Under the pieces are notes generated by a model. That model worked only from the letters and a program-made list of their open reading frames with translations, made no database searches and had not been told where the DNA came from. This document shows, piece by piece, positions 28,409-45,275 of a stretch of 64,000 nucleotides of DNA. Source of the DNA: the human T2T-CHM13v2.0 reference genome, Homo sapiens; NCBI RefSeq assembly GCF_009914755.1, contig NC_060925.1; one strand, written 5' to 3'. The number at the start of each line of letters is the position of its first letter. Within the stretch, counting starts at the first letter, position 1. The translations under genes and the position numbers were made by a program.

Positions 28409-28869
28409 CCCTGACCTTGCAAGCTAGGTCCCTAAGTGCCTCCTCACATAGTTTTTGAAAAAGTGTGTATACCTGTGGCTCTGAAGCAGATTCCTAAGCC
28501 CACCCCCCATATATTCTGACTCAGTGGGACTGGGCAGGACACAGGAATTTGTACTGTTGTGTAACTCTGCATGGCGACTCTAATGTGCAGCCATGTTTGG
28601 AACCACATGCTGCCCCTCTCCGCTTATTGCCCATTGCTTCTGCCCTCACCTCACAGTGGATGTTACCCTTGTGAGTGTCTCTGTAATTGCCTTCCAGGGA
28701 AGAAGGCAATTACTTTTTAAAGTCCTGGTCTCATTTGATTTCTCTGAAAGATGTGACACAGATGGCAATGCTCTCCATCTTTGTCCCCTCTCTCACCTTG
28801 GCTTCTGGGCCACCACTGCCGGTGGTCCAGTGGTTTCTAACTGCCTTTTAACTTTCTATTAAATGCTAA

Positions 28870-29234
<365 letters not shown>

Positions 29235-29350
29235 TGTCCACACCTAGAATTTTAACTGACACTTACGTGTTCGTGGCTTTCAGTTTTACACTTCTAAGCC
29301 TCTATATTCCGTGTATTTCACCATTCCACTCAACATTTCCACTTTGGGTT

Positions 29351-29750
29351 TGTGGTAGAAACTGGTAACTGGCCCCTAATACCCATTCTTTCCTTCTTTG
29401 GGTTAGTAATAGAGCATCCTGAGTTTTATCTGGGCATGTGCCTGCCTAGCTACAAAGTCTATTTCCCAGCCGTCCTCCACCCTTGAGCCAGTGTGATGCA
29501 AAGGGAAGTGGTATGCGCAACTCTGGGTCACCTTAAAGACAAAGCTTCTTGCCATGGGCTTCACTTTGCCTTTTTCCACTGGCTGAGAAGAGCCACTGTT
29601 GCAGCAGCTGTGCACCCAGAGATGGAAGCTTCATATGGATGAGGCCATAGATTCCATCTTTGACTTCAGTAAGAGGGAACTAAACATCTAACATTTAAAA
29701 TTCTGAATATTGGAATTTTTTTTGTTTTGGCAGCTTAGCCTGTACCCTTG
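29351..29750 (+). mobile_element. MaLR LTR (MLT1J-like) relic
   Basis: tgtggtagaaactgg...atttcccagcc...tttgttttggcagcttagcct; degenerate. Confidence 0.5.
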
Positions 29751-29869
29751 TCAAATATTATTCCATAAGTACCTCCAACTAGAGTCCACAACTGAAAACA
29801 CCCTGTTCTCCCCTTAAAGCCCCTAAGACTAGCTAATGGACTGTCCTCCCTTTTAAAAGTAAATGGCTG

Positions 29870-30249
<380 letters not shown>

Positions 30250-30335
30250 TTAGGGTCATCTTTGATGGAGGAAATTTATGTGGAGACTTATAAGACAGTT
30301 TGACTAAAGTCTCTCTGGCCATTTGTCAAACATAC

Positions 30336-30403
30336 CTGCTCTTGGTTGAGCTGACAACAGACATGGGATGGTTGATGTCATCCTTCACCACCATGATGTT
30401 GTT
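30336..30403 (-). CDS. NMNAT2: NMNAT2 exon 10
   Basis: cctcag|AACAACATC...AGCAG|gtatgt; [22 protein letters not shown](R), the NMNAT SST-K/R motif; 68 nt. Confidence 0.96.
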
Positions 30404-30535
30404 CTGAGGACAGAGCAGACAGAGTCAGTTGCCAGTCCCTCCCACTAAACTCCTTTTGCTCTCTCACTCCTCCAGCTGCCAGGACTCTCAGAGAAGGGCC
30501 ATAACACAGATGCACTAGCAGGATGGAGGACTCAC

Positions 30536-30637
30536 TTTGTATTTGCGGAGTATTGAGGAGTGATTCATGATTCGGTCTGTGTCGGCTGCATCCCGGGGCA
30601 CCACCACAATCCCAAAGTCACCAACAATCACCTCCAT
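30536..30637 (-). CDS. NMNAT2: NMNAT2 exon 9
   Basis: ctttag|ATGGAGGTG...TACAAA|gtgagt; [34 protein letters not shown]; 102 nt. Confidence 0.96.
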
Positions 30638-31252
30638 CTAAAGAAACAGAGAGAGGGCCCTTTGGTGAAACCCTGATCCCAAACTCCTACCAAGCAACTA
30701 CTTAGCATGGCAGAATTCCATTCTTCCACATGGAGCCCCAAGCTTTAGTCCCAAACCGGCCTTCTTCTCAGCCCCATCAGCCAGCTCCTTCAAGGAACAA
30801 CACTTAACAGTGTTAATAGAATAAGTGAAAGCATTGACTGGTCACAGAAGTCGCTTAATAAATACCCTAGACTTAAGGAATCAGTGAACTCTTATATGTC
30901 TAGGCAAGATCTCTCCAATTCCTGAGGCTCCCGTTAAGTTCACAATGCTGCAGAATCACATGAATGACATTGCGTCCTTACCTGGTAAACACCCTCTGGA
31001 GTGAAACAGATCCCTCTGTTCAGCAAGCACATTTGAGCCCTCAGATGGACGTCATGAGAGGGACTAAATGCTCTTCTGGCTCACCCTCATAAAAACTTCT
31101 GTGGGACTCAAGGGGTAGCTAAAAGCTAGAACTAGAAGTTCTTGGAATGCATCACTGGGCACCCAGGCTGTGATAGGGAGATGATGATGATGATTAGGGT
31201 CACTTCAGAGATCAGCCTTTGATAGAAGCTCAGTGCCATGTGAGAAATGAAA

Positions 31253-31558
31253 TTTTTTTTTTTCTTTTTTTGAGGCATGGTCTCAGTCTGTCACCCAGGC
31301 TGGAGTGCAGTGGCAAGATCATGGCTCACTGTAGCCTCAACCTCCTGGTCTCAAGCAATCTTCCCACCTCAGCCTCCCAAATAGCTGATACCACAGGTAC
31401 ATACTACCATACCTGGCTAACTTTTTTAATTATTTTTTTGAAGAGATGGACTCTTGCTATGTTGCCCAGGCTGGTCTCAAACTCTGGGACCCAAGTGATC
31501 ATCCCACCTCAGCCTCCCAAAGTGTTGAAATTACAGGTGTGAGCCATTGTACCTAGCC
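31253..31558 (-). mobile_element. Alu (AluJ-like)
   Basis: Antisense dimer. Confidence 0.9.
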
Positions 31559-32765
31559 AAAACCTTCTTTTCGTTTAAAAGAAATAACATTTTTATTTTC
31601 TGACTGTAGATGTAATGCAAGCTTAGAGAATCCAGAAAAAAAAAAAAAGAAATCAATCACAATCATACAATCCAGATAGTGACTGTGAATGGTCTAATGT
31701 ATATCTGTAGTTTTTTCTCTCTGCAAATAGGTGTATATATCCACAATTGGATTAAATTATAAAATTAGTCATTTTACCTACCTTTTTTCATTAGCATTAT
31801 ATTTTGAGCATTTTCTTACATTGTTAAAAATTATTTGAAAACATAACCTTTAATAATCTGTATATTTTACACTATGTGTACAGTTACTTCTGATTTTTTG
31901 CAATTATACATAACACTTTAATGAAGATCTTTATACAAAAATCTTTTATCACATCTCTGATTATTTTCTTAGGATAAGAAATGATATAATTGGATAAAAG
32001 GATATAAACTGTACATAATTCAAGCTTTTGAGACATATCACCAAGTTGCTTTCTGGAAATTTGTGCCAACTTTTATTTTGAAAAAGCCTGAAAGTTACGG
32101 CATTTAATACTCCTGGGTCTACCCTGGGCATATTACTGTTTAGATCTTGCCAATTACGGATCCCAGATGGGGGAAGAGGGGAGGAGGTAGGTGGCTTCTA
32201 AGCAGCACAGTTCACTGAGCAAGACCTGCTTTGAGGGCAAGGAACCCAGCTTTTTTCCCATAATTCTCTAAACAAGTGGCACAAAAACAAATATACTGGG
32301 GCACGGTGGCCCCTTCTCTCCAGAGGATTTCTATACCAGCAGAATTCCATTTCTAAGCCTGATTTACTGGTTTTGTGTGTGTGTTTGTGTGTGCACATTC
32401 TGAATATTTCTGTCCACCTTTACCCTGCTTCTCCTACTGCTTACAACTGGACCTAAACTTGCAGCTGGAGCTCTGATGTCGCTGAAATAAAAAGTTGGCT
32501 GAAGGTGTCTTAGGAGGAATGTCGTAGAGAGAAGTTAAAAAGCTAGGTGTAGAATATTAGAGCCCCCATTGGATCATGTAATCTGGAAGATACAGAGCAT
32601 TGCACAACACACTGCATCTATTGGTGGTGTTCAGATCAGGTAAACTGACACCAAATCTCTTGTCTTATAAACCAGAAATGGTAAGGAGAGTCAGGGCAGG
32701 GAGTTAGAGCCAGCTCCTTCTGCCATGGCATTTAGGATACTGCACTGGGACTCACTACTTAGATA

Positions 32766-33410
<645 letters not shown>

Positions 33411-34562
33411 TTATGTAGATGTTTCAAGATAACCTAGTATAGATTGCATAATGTAGGATCTGCCTTCAAATTGATTCTGTAAACTTGATGAATGTTTCAT
33501 ATATGATGTTTGTAATAATGGGTCTATATAAAGTGAGCATTCTAATTTAAACCATGAAAATAATGGCTCAGAATAGCAGTCCTCATGGGGGAATCGCCCT
33601 GTGGGTGACATCAGTGCAGCTGCTGCTCTCCACTCAGTACCTAATGATCTGAGCACCCAATGAATAACTGTGCCAGGCTGTTCAGTGGGTGGCAAGCAGA
33701 TGGAGGCCTTACTGCTTAAGATGTTTTCCTTTTCCAAAAACAGTGACAGACTTGTCCCTGGGAATCACAGATGGGTCGAGGGAGACAGGATCTATGAGAC
33801 AAGATCTACAGCTTTAGGGCATCATGGCAGGGGTTCAGGCCAGAGACTGCAGATACTCTCTGCTCCTTTGGCCAGACACTGTTTTTGTAGCACCTGTTTG
33901 GAGAATTATGGGAGAAAATCTGGGTCCCTTGCCCCCAAAGCACGCCTTGCTCAATGAACTGCGCTGCTTAGAAACAATGTTCATGGTGGACGGTATTTGC
34001 GTGTGTGCATGTGTGTGTGTGTTCGGGAAGGGAAGGTACTAGGTGCTAGAGTTGGTGAGATGTGCCCTCAGTCCAACGAGTACCCATCTCCCTCCAAGAG
34101 CTTAGCTGTCCTTCCCACCTCAAGCCCCCATTGCCAGCCTTCACCAGGCCTCAGGACACTACCCTCTCCTGGTTGCCCTACCTCTCTGGCTGCTGGCTAC
34201 TCCTTTCTGGGCCCCCGTGCTAATTCCTCCTTTTCTATCTGACCTTGAGCCACTGGATTCCCCCAAGCCTCAGTCCCTGGACGTTTTTTCTTTTCTATTC
34301 ACACTCACACCCTTCATGATTTCATTCAATTTTGAAGTTTTAAAAGCACACTAAAGGCTTCCAAATTAATGTTTCCAGCATTAACTTCTCTCCTAACTGG
34401 AGGCTCATGTATCAGCTGCCTTCTCAATATGCCCACTTGGATAGGGCATCTCAAACTTAATATGTCCATGAGCTCCTGGACCTGCTAACATAAACAGTTA
34501 AACCATCCACTCTCCTCAAAGAAATGGTTTTCCTATAACCTTTTCCATAAATAGAAATTCTC

Positions 34563-34881
<319 letters not shown>

Positions 34882-35065
34882 AGAAATTCTCTTCTTATAA
34901 TTGCTCAGACACAAAGCTTTGGTATTTTCCTTGATTCCTCTCTTTCTCTTATATCCCACATTCAGTCTATAAGTTAGTCCAATGGACTCTACCATCAAAA
35001 CAAATCCAAGAATATGCTCATTTCTCATCATGTCTGTCCTTTCTATACTGGTCCAAGCCTCTTCT

Positions 35066-35538
35066 CTTAGGCTGAATAATGAACCCGAAAGATATCCAGG
35101 TTCTAATCTCTGGAACCTGTGAATATGGCAAAAGAGACTCTGCAGATATGATTAAACTAAGGATCTTGAGATTATCCTGGGTTATCTGGGCAGGCCCTAA
35201 ATGCAGTAACAAGTACCCTTACAAGAGGCAGAGGGAGATTGGACCCAGAAGAGAGAAGATAATGGGAAGATGGAGTAGAAAGAGATTTGAAGATGCTCCA
35301 CTGTGGAGCTTGAAGTTGGAGGAAGGGACCATTAACCAATGAATGCGACAAATGCAGCTCTAGAAGCTGGAAAAGTCAAGGAAACCAATTTTCCCCTAGA
35401 TTCTCTGGAGTTGTTGGCCTTGCCAACAACTTGGTTTGGGCCCAATAAAACCTATTTCAGACTTCTGACTTCTGGGACTGTAAGAGAATACATATGTGTT
35501 ATCCTAAGCCACCAAGTTTGCAGAACTAGGAAACTAGT
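35066..35538 (+). mobile_element. MaLR LTR (MLT1D-like)
   Basis: Typical MLT1 text: gatatccaggttctaatctctggaacctgtgaatatggcaaaagagact...taagccaccaagtttg. Confidence 0.7.
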
Positions 35539-35786
35539 TCACCTCTGTCATCTCTCATTTGGATTGCTCTGGTCTCCCTGTTATTTGCTTGCCTTTTTTA
35601 GTCTATTCCCAATAGCCGGACTGATTATGTTAAAATATAAGCCAAATTATGTTGCTCCTTGGCTCAAAATCTTTCACTTAAATGTCACCTTCTTGGTGAG
35701 ATCCTGTCTGGCCACCCTAATTAAACCTGCATCCCTTGTGCGCTCCCACCCCTTAAGCCTAAATTCTCACCAGAGTTGCACTTTCA

Positions 35787-36667
35787 CCCTTTTGGTTCTC
35801 TAAGCAGCACTAAGGTGGTTGGCAAGAATAGTCGCTTTACAAAAGGTGGCAAAAAGGGAGCCAAGAAGTGAGTGCTTGATTCGTTTTATAAGACTGGTAT
35901 GATGTAAAAACACCAGCTATATGTTCCATATAAGAAATAACGGAAAAACACCAGTCCCAAGGATGCAAGAAACCAAAATTGCATGGGGTTGTGATAGCCT
36001 TAAGGGTTGTGCATTTGAAGTGAGTCTTGCTAATCTGCAGAAGGCTGAAGTTGCATTTAGAAAATTCAAGCTAATTACTGAAGATCTCCAGGGCAAAAAC
36101 TGCCTGACTCACTTCCATGGCCTGGATCTTACCCATGACAAAATGCATTCTATTGTCAAAAAAAATGGCAGACCATGATTGAAGCTCAGGCTGATGTGAA
36201 GACTACCAATGGCTATTTGCTTCATCTATTCTGCGTTGGTTTTACTAAAAAGAGGCAACAATCGGATATGGAAGACCTCTTAGGCTCAGCACCAACAGGT
36301 CTGCCAAATCTAGGAGAAGATGATGGTAATCATGACGGGGTAGGGGGCAGAGGAGTTGTTGTAGACAAATGATTTGAAAGAAGTGGTCAATAAATTGATC
36401 CCAGACAGCATTGGAAAACAGAAAAGGCTTGCCAATCTGTCCTGTCCGCGATGTTTTCACTAACATCGTGGGATAGGGATGGGGAGAGGATGTGGTGAAG
36501 GTAGTGGCTCTGGAAAAACCACTGGGGGAGAGACAGGGGCTAAAGTTGAACAAGCTGGTGGATAAAAGCCACTGGACCAAGACTCTGTAAAAATTCAGAC
36601 TTTTAAGGGTGACAAATAAAAAGTATTATTTGTGAAAAATAAAATAAAATAAACAACAACAACAAAC
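35787..36667 (+). pseudogene. RPS3A processed pseudogene, antisense within NMNAT2 intron 8
   Basis: 5' pyrimidine tract (cccttttggttctct); ATG mutated to AAG at 35812; intronless, frameshifted RPS3A-like peptides ([32 protein letters not shown]; [27 protein letters not shown]); AATAAA at 36615-36620; degenerate A-tail. Confidence 0.93.
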
Positions 36668-38077
36668 ATATTCCCCAGACCTCACCTGAGAAATTTTGAT
36701 ATAGCATGTGTCGAGGGGCTGCAGCCTCTCTCTTAACAAAGCTCCCTAATCCTTCTGATGTGCACCCACCTTTGGGAATTGTTGCTTTAAATCACATGGA
36801 CAATTACCTAAGCTGCTAATATTCTGGCTTGTTTAGGGTGGGGTCAAAATGAGATACTTGTGGGACAGGTACCTCAGCACCTCTGAGAAGTCCAGCAAGA
36901 ATAAGGACATTCCCCCTGTGCCCTGGGGAGTGGGGGGGTGTAAGGGCAGACATCTGACCCCAGGAAGCATAGGGCACTCAGATCCCCTTCCTATGCCGCC
37001 TGCAGGAGTGTGCCCAGGCCTCTGGAACTGAACTCTTTTTCTGCTCGAGGGGACCAGCACCTCCTGTCTTCATGAAGAGCTCTCTATGGGTCTTGCCCTT
37101 GGGGGTGGAGAGGTGGGGTGGGCGAGTGGCCAATGCGGTAGAACTGTCCTGATTGGTAAATCTCATTCGTGATAGTGGCCAATGTGACCCCACACCATGG
37201 GCAGGATCAGGACACAATCTTCTCCCCCTGCAGCATACAGTGGCCCTCAGTTTAGCACTGGCATATGTCGAGCCTCAGAGGTGGGGGTCTGTGACATTTA
37301 TCCTGCTTCTACTTCCTGCTCACAGGCACAGCTTTGATCATATCTTTTCATCTTCTGGTCAAAGGCTCCCCAGGGGAGGTAGGGATAGGGATGGGGAGAG
37401 GATGTGGGAGGGGGTAGACTCTGCTTCCCCAAATGTGGGGAATCTGAGGGAAGGATATGAGACATGTTGAGGCAGGAAGCAACTTGGCCTTGGAAGAGAA
37501 AACACTCATGATCCAGGCAGCAGAGCTCTTGGAAGGAACGTAGAGTTTGCATCATCCCTCCAAGAGGCTGAATTTCAGCCTCTTGCCCTGCCCTGCTGGA
37601 TTTAAAGGGATGCTTTGAGTGGGTGGATGACTTGTGGTCTTAGCCAGGCACTTTCCTAGACACTAGGCATGCAGGGTTGAGCAAGGCAGATATGGATTCA
37701 TCTCTTGGACAGATCACTCTCTAGTGTGAGACATTAAACAAATGATTATTTTCAATTGTATCTACTGCTGTGAAGATATGAGTAGGTTACTACCGGGTGG
37801 CTAATATCTTACAGTGACTAATATATTATGGGTAACTGGCAAAAGTTTGGGTCATATCCCATGGGGGAGGCAAACTGTCTTATGAGCTGAACTCCTCCAA
37901 CCAAGTTGTTCTCAAGCACCCTTTCACTCAACAAACTTTTATTGAGCATGTATATGGTGAACTGGGCACTGTTCTGGTATTGGCAAATAAGACAGGCAAG
38001 TTTCCTGTACTCAAAGGGCTTACCTTCAAGTAAGGAGAGATCATAAACAAATAAATATATAAATAAGAAAACATCAT

Positions 38078-38412
38078 GGCAAGGTGTGATGTCTCACACC
38101 TGTAATCCCAGCACTTTAAGAGACCAAGGTGGGAGGATCACTTGAGGCCAGGAGTTCCAGACCAGCCTGGGCAACATGGTGGTAAGACCTCATCTCTACA
38201 AAAACAAATTTTATTTTAAATTAGCTGAGTGTGTTGGCACGTGCCTGAGTCCCAGCTACTTGTGAGGATGAGGCAAGAGGATCGCTTGACCCCAGGATGA
38301 TTGCTTGAGTCTAGAAGTTCAAGGCTGCAGTGAGCTATGATCACGCCACTGCACGCTAGCCTGGGTGATAGAGTGTGACCCTGTCTCTGAAAAATAAATA
38401 AATAAAAAGAAA
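38078..38412 (+). mobile_element. Alu (AluJ-like)
   Basis: Sense dimer. Confidence 0.88.
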
Positions 38413-39201
38413 ACATCAAATAGAGTTAAGTACAATATTGATTATAAAACAAAATGACCTTTATGTTGAAACCTACGTGATACGAAGGGATGGGCACAGG
38501 GATATCTAGGAGAAGAGGATTCCCAATGAGGCCACAGCTAGTACAAAGACCCTGAGGTGGGGAAAACTGTTTAAATAAACTAGGCGGGACTAGGACACAC
38601 TGCGGTTGGAAAAGTAGACAAGTACCAGGTCATCATGAAGACAGGGTTTCATTCCAATTGCAAAGAAATGCCATTAGAGTATTTTAAACACAGGACTTGA
38701 AACTTCCATCGGCAACAGGATCCAATGTATGTGGATTTGCCCTGGCAGGCTTAACTGGCAAGATCCTCTGCAGGGCCATCCTGAGATCAGCGTTCTGAAG
38801 CCTGAGTTTCCCTCCCAAACAGTGTTCTCTTCTCAGGTACAGTACATCAGCGACTGCAGCCCATTTGTGTTTCTTCTCTGGATAAGGATAGTCAGGGATG
38901 CACATGGGCCCATTGGGAAGGAGGGGAAGAAACATTGATTAAGGTGCCTGCTATGTGCCATGCACAGTACTAGGAGCTTATCGCATTTAATCCTTATGAC
39001 AACTGTCTTCTGAGATATGTGCCTCAGTTCTTATTTCATAGGTGGGGAAACCAAGACTCAGTGAGATTTAATAACCTGTCCAAGTTGCACAGCTAACGAG
39101 TGAATGTGAATGGAATCCACCGTGGTCTGCCTTAAAGACTCTTTCCTCCACATCACACCTCTTCTAGATCCACTTTTAAGACTCATATTGTAGTGACTTG
39201 A

Positions 39202-39501
<300 letters not shown>

Positions 39502-41043
39502 TTGAAACTTTTTTGGTTAAAGAAGTATTTCTAGTTGAAAATACATTCTACCTTATTTTTTCCCCCAGCTTACCATAGCTACTTGGGAGGCTGGGGTACT
39601 CTGTATCACCCTTAGAGTATTATAATTTTAGTATACTTCTGGATGAGTTTAAAAAGATGCAAAGAGAGAACTTGTGACAAAAGCCATGCAGTATATGAGC
39701 AGCTTCTGAAACATGCTCCCTCCATTTCAGTAAAGGATCCTCCACCCTTGCTGTAGCCCCTGCCACTCTCTGGAGGAAAGGCTGGGAGGAAACCAGTAAG
39801 GTCAGAGTCCAGCAGGTGGAAATGCATTTCCAGGATGGCCCTCTTAATGAAAAAAAAAAAGAGAGAGAGAACCATTCTTAAGAGGGGCTTCCCAGATGAA
39901 ATCATCCCCACTCCCACTGCCAACTTAACTGGGGGTGTGGGAAGGCAGGGGATTCCAGACTCAAGTCAACAGCCTGGAAACCAAACCAACAGTGCCTTTC
40001 ACATGAGAACAGCCAGAATCCCCCATTGGCAGGAGCTGAGCCTCCTTCCCCTGAGACTGTAATTTGGTATCGTTTGGTATCAGTCGTATCAGTGTGGGGG
40101 CCTAATCCCTGGGGTGCAAGAGTCCATCAGGCTTCCTGGCTGGAGCTGGACTGTCTGATAAAAACCATCTGAGCCTGAATAGCCAAAGTTTGTCTTTGTT
40201 CCATTTATCCTGGGGCCCTGGGATTTCTTCTGGAGTGGCTAATGCCCGAGGCTCTTCCTCTGTTTATTTTCTTTGGTTGTTTTCCCATAGCTGATGGATG
40301 TAGGAAGCAGTTAGCCCACGGCTGGTTGGCTGGAAAAATGTAGGATACAGCCAATTAGAACCAGCCTGTGGAATGCTGGGCTTTGAGGAGCGCAAAAAGA
40401 AAAAAAGATAAAACAATTCCCTCAGTGGCCATCTCTGGTGGCTGATGTTCCATCCCCAAGTTTTTACTCTTTTGGGTTAAATATTGACTCTTGCTCATTT
40501 GAAATGCAAATACTCTTGAGAGCAGCTAATACATGTAATCATTAAACTTAATGATTTTGCTGCTTGCTCAAAAGTTAATACCTTCCCAAATAAATACCAG
40601 GATCCACCTATTTCAACCAACCAGAACCATCTCCCCAAAGGTCTTGTTCCCCTCACCGAATCTTTTATATCCTCTTCCCTCCTTAAAAAGCTCTTCTCTT
40701 TCCACCTACTTAACCCAGTCCTGCTCACAATTCAAAGCCCAGCTCAAGGGCCACCCCCTCCCACAGAAAGCAAAGTGCACGGTCAGGTACTTTGTCTACT
40801 TTGTTTTCTCACATGGCTGGGTGCTCAATAAATATTTTAAAATAAGTGAATAACGGCCAACATTTATGGAATGTTTACTAGGTTCAGGAACTCTTCTAAA
40901 CTTTTCACATGTTATAGTTAATATAGTATAAAGAAATATTATAATGAAAAGTAAGATACTTTTAGACTGCAAGTGCCTCAAGGATAAATACATGCTACGT
41001 TTATCCTGGGCACTTAATAAGCATTTGTTGAAAGATTGATTGA

Positions 41044-41371
<328 letters not shown>

Positions 41372-42264
41372 TGAATCAGAATTAATTTGCCTGCTGGGCA
41401 CAGTGATGGACAAAGCAGCTGGCAGCATCGGATCCCTACACAACAGGTTTTGTTTTGGGGAGAGGAGTGAGTGCAAATGCCTTCTGCTTCACAAATCTGC
41501 CCATGGTTGACCCTGTAGCCTCTGGCCTTGGCTTCCCACAGTCCCTGATCCATGCCTGGATGCCTGCATTGATGCTGGTGTCAGGATGCAGCAAAGCAAA
41601 GGAGCAGGTCTCCTGGGAGAGACTAGTTCTCCAATAAAGAACTCGGGAATGCAGTGGGGTGGCAGGAGCTGGGTTCTGATCTCCGAGGCTGGTCCAGAAG
41701 TCTGGATCTTGATTTCCCATACAGCCACTCTGTTCTATTACACTTGAGAGAAACTCGATGACTATGTATGGAATTTTTTCTCCATGGAATGTAAGGGGAA
41801 GGGTGTGTCACTGGTCAGAGAGGGTCAGAATTTGCTGTGGGCTAATGGATCTTTGTGCCTAATGGGAAATGCCACAAGGGATGTGTTTGGGGTGGGGATG
41901 GGGTCATCCCATTAGTCATATAATTAGATTTCTGGATGGAGAGCTTTGGTTCAAGAATCCAAAGTGAAAGAAAGAGCAAAACTGACTCAGTAGAGAGTGT
42001 GTGTTGGTGCTGGAGGAGGCCTTGTCAGTCCTGCTGTCCAACAGACGGTCTCAGCCGGTTCCAGCCTGGCTGGAGGCCGGGCTGCTCCACAGCCCCTTCA
42101 GGCTTTCTCCCCAGACCCATTTGAACCAGTGGCATCCCTCCTGCCTTGTTTCTGAAGATATTTGGAGAAGATATGAGAGGCTGGAGTGCGGGGCCGGGGC
42201 CTAGGACATTTCCTAGAAAAAGCTTTGATCTCCCTCCTGCCCTTCTGTCCCCAGTCATGGGCAG

Positions 42265-42635
42265 TGTTAAATCAAGTTTAGCCTAAAGCTGCCTCCCTGC
42301 ATATTTTAAGTTCGGCCTAAAGATTTCTCTGTGTACATGGTGAACTATAACAAGTGGAGGTGTAAACAGGCTTTAGCTTACATTTGTGCCAATTACCAAG
42401 TTTTGGCCAATCAATGTAGCCAGCTGTTCGAACTGTGTTCAAATAAGACTGTTTCTGTACTTCACTTCCATTTTCTGTACATCACCTTCCTTTTTCTGTC
42501 CATAAAACTTCTACCACATGGCTGCGCTGGAGTCTGAGAGCCTACTCTGGCATGGGATGCCGCCTGATTCGTGAATTGTTCATTGCTCAATTAAACTCTT
42601 TTAAATGTAATTCAGCTGAAGTTATTCTTTTAACA
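42265..42635 (+). mobile_element. Solo ERV1 LTR, MER57-like
   Basis: TGTTAAATCAAGTTTAGCCTAAAGCTGCCTCC ... TTTTAACA; perfect GCAG TSD at 42261-42264 and 42636-42639; ATTAAA near 42590. Confidence 0.82.
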
Positions 42636-42973
42636 GCAGATTTCAGGGTTTTGGCCTCATGGTCTCCAAGCAAAGTCTGTGGTCAACAAGTATCACTCGG
42701 GGCACCCGATAATAAAGAGAAATGTGCTCTGAGAAAGGGATGAATGAATGGGCAAACGAATGAAACCTGAAACAGAAGCAGGTCTCACATATCTCGCTTC
42801 CAGGAGTCTCATGGTTAGGAACTGAAATTCCTAAAATGGGCGTTTCCAGGCAAACCCCAGATGGTAGAACTTGCTAGTACAATAAGCAGGGCTCATTCTG
42901 TATCCACTCCTGAAAGATGTTCCTTTTCCAGACCTTGAGATCCAACCTTCCCCAAATAAGAGCAGTGGACTAA

Positions 42974-44101
<1,128 letters not shown>

Positions 44102-44947
44102 TCATTAGATGTCCTGAAGCGGGGAGAGAAAATAGGGAAGATGACTTGGGGATAGAAAGAACAAAGAACAGGTTCTGCTGCCCTCCCACCAACTTTCCCT
44201 ACAATAGGAAGATGCTAGAGGTCTGTGGAGCCCACTCCTCCTCTCTCCTGGGCAGCACACTAGGGGCAAAACCTCAGAGGAGAACGGGCCTGGTGATCAC
44301 AATGGGGCCCAGCACGAGGCCTCCAGACTCAGCCAGGAGTTCCTGCCCCAGGTGGGTGTGGAGCAGGGCACCTTTGACTTCAAGGGACCACAAAGGCTTG
44401 GACAGGGAAGATGTCTGTGGTGACCATGGTGAACTGAGATTGAAGTCCTGTCCTCATGTTCGGGGTGTGCAAGAGCCTTTCAGGTCTGCTAATTAATAAT
44501 GGCTGAGACTAAAATTACCCTGTGGGATAGGGATTTGGAGTGGAATGTTAATTTGATTTAAATACATTAACATGATATTTCCGGCACACCTCTGTCATAG
44601 ACTGAGATTCACACTCATTATGTGAGGAAACAGCTTCTTGAAATTTTTCCCTGTCTCAGACTCAATGATTCTAAGGACCTCGCAGATCAGCTGTGGGTTG
44701 AGGCAGGGGACTGAGCAGTTGGCTGGCAGGGTGGGGAAGCAGGTCTGCTCCAGGCTCTAGAAAGCCCTCTGAAGCAAGCTTGGGAGTCTGCTTCACCCAA
44801 ATCCTTCTGCTGCCTCTGCAGGGGACTGGATTTCTCACCACCCTGGGCAAACTAGATGTGGGGTCCCTGCTGGCCTGGGACGTGGTACTCTCTGAGCATA
44901 GCTAGGATGGGTGTCCTGGGACTCCAGGATGGCTAACCCAGGACTGA

Positions 44948-45275
<328 letters not shown>

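Noticed and set aside
30404-30535. NMNAT2 intron 9 is 132 nt (3n), suggesting in-frame retention
   Set aside because: Reads GTG AGT CCT CCA TCC TGC TAG, so it stops at codon 7.
35921-36372. RPS3A-like ORFs as a functional retrogene
   Set aside because: Start codon mutated, early stop, frameshifts and an internal deletion.
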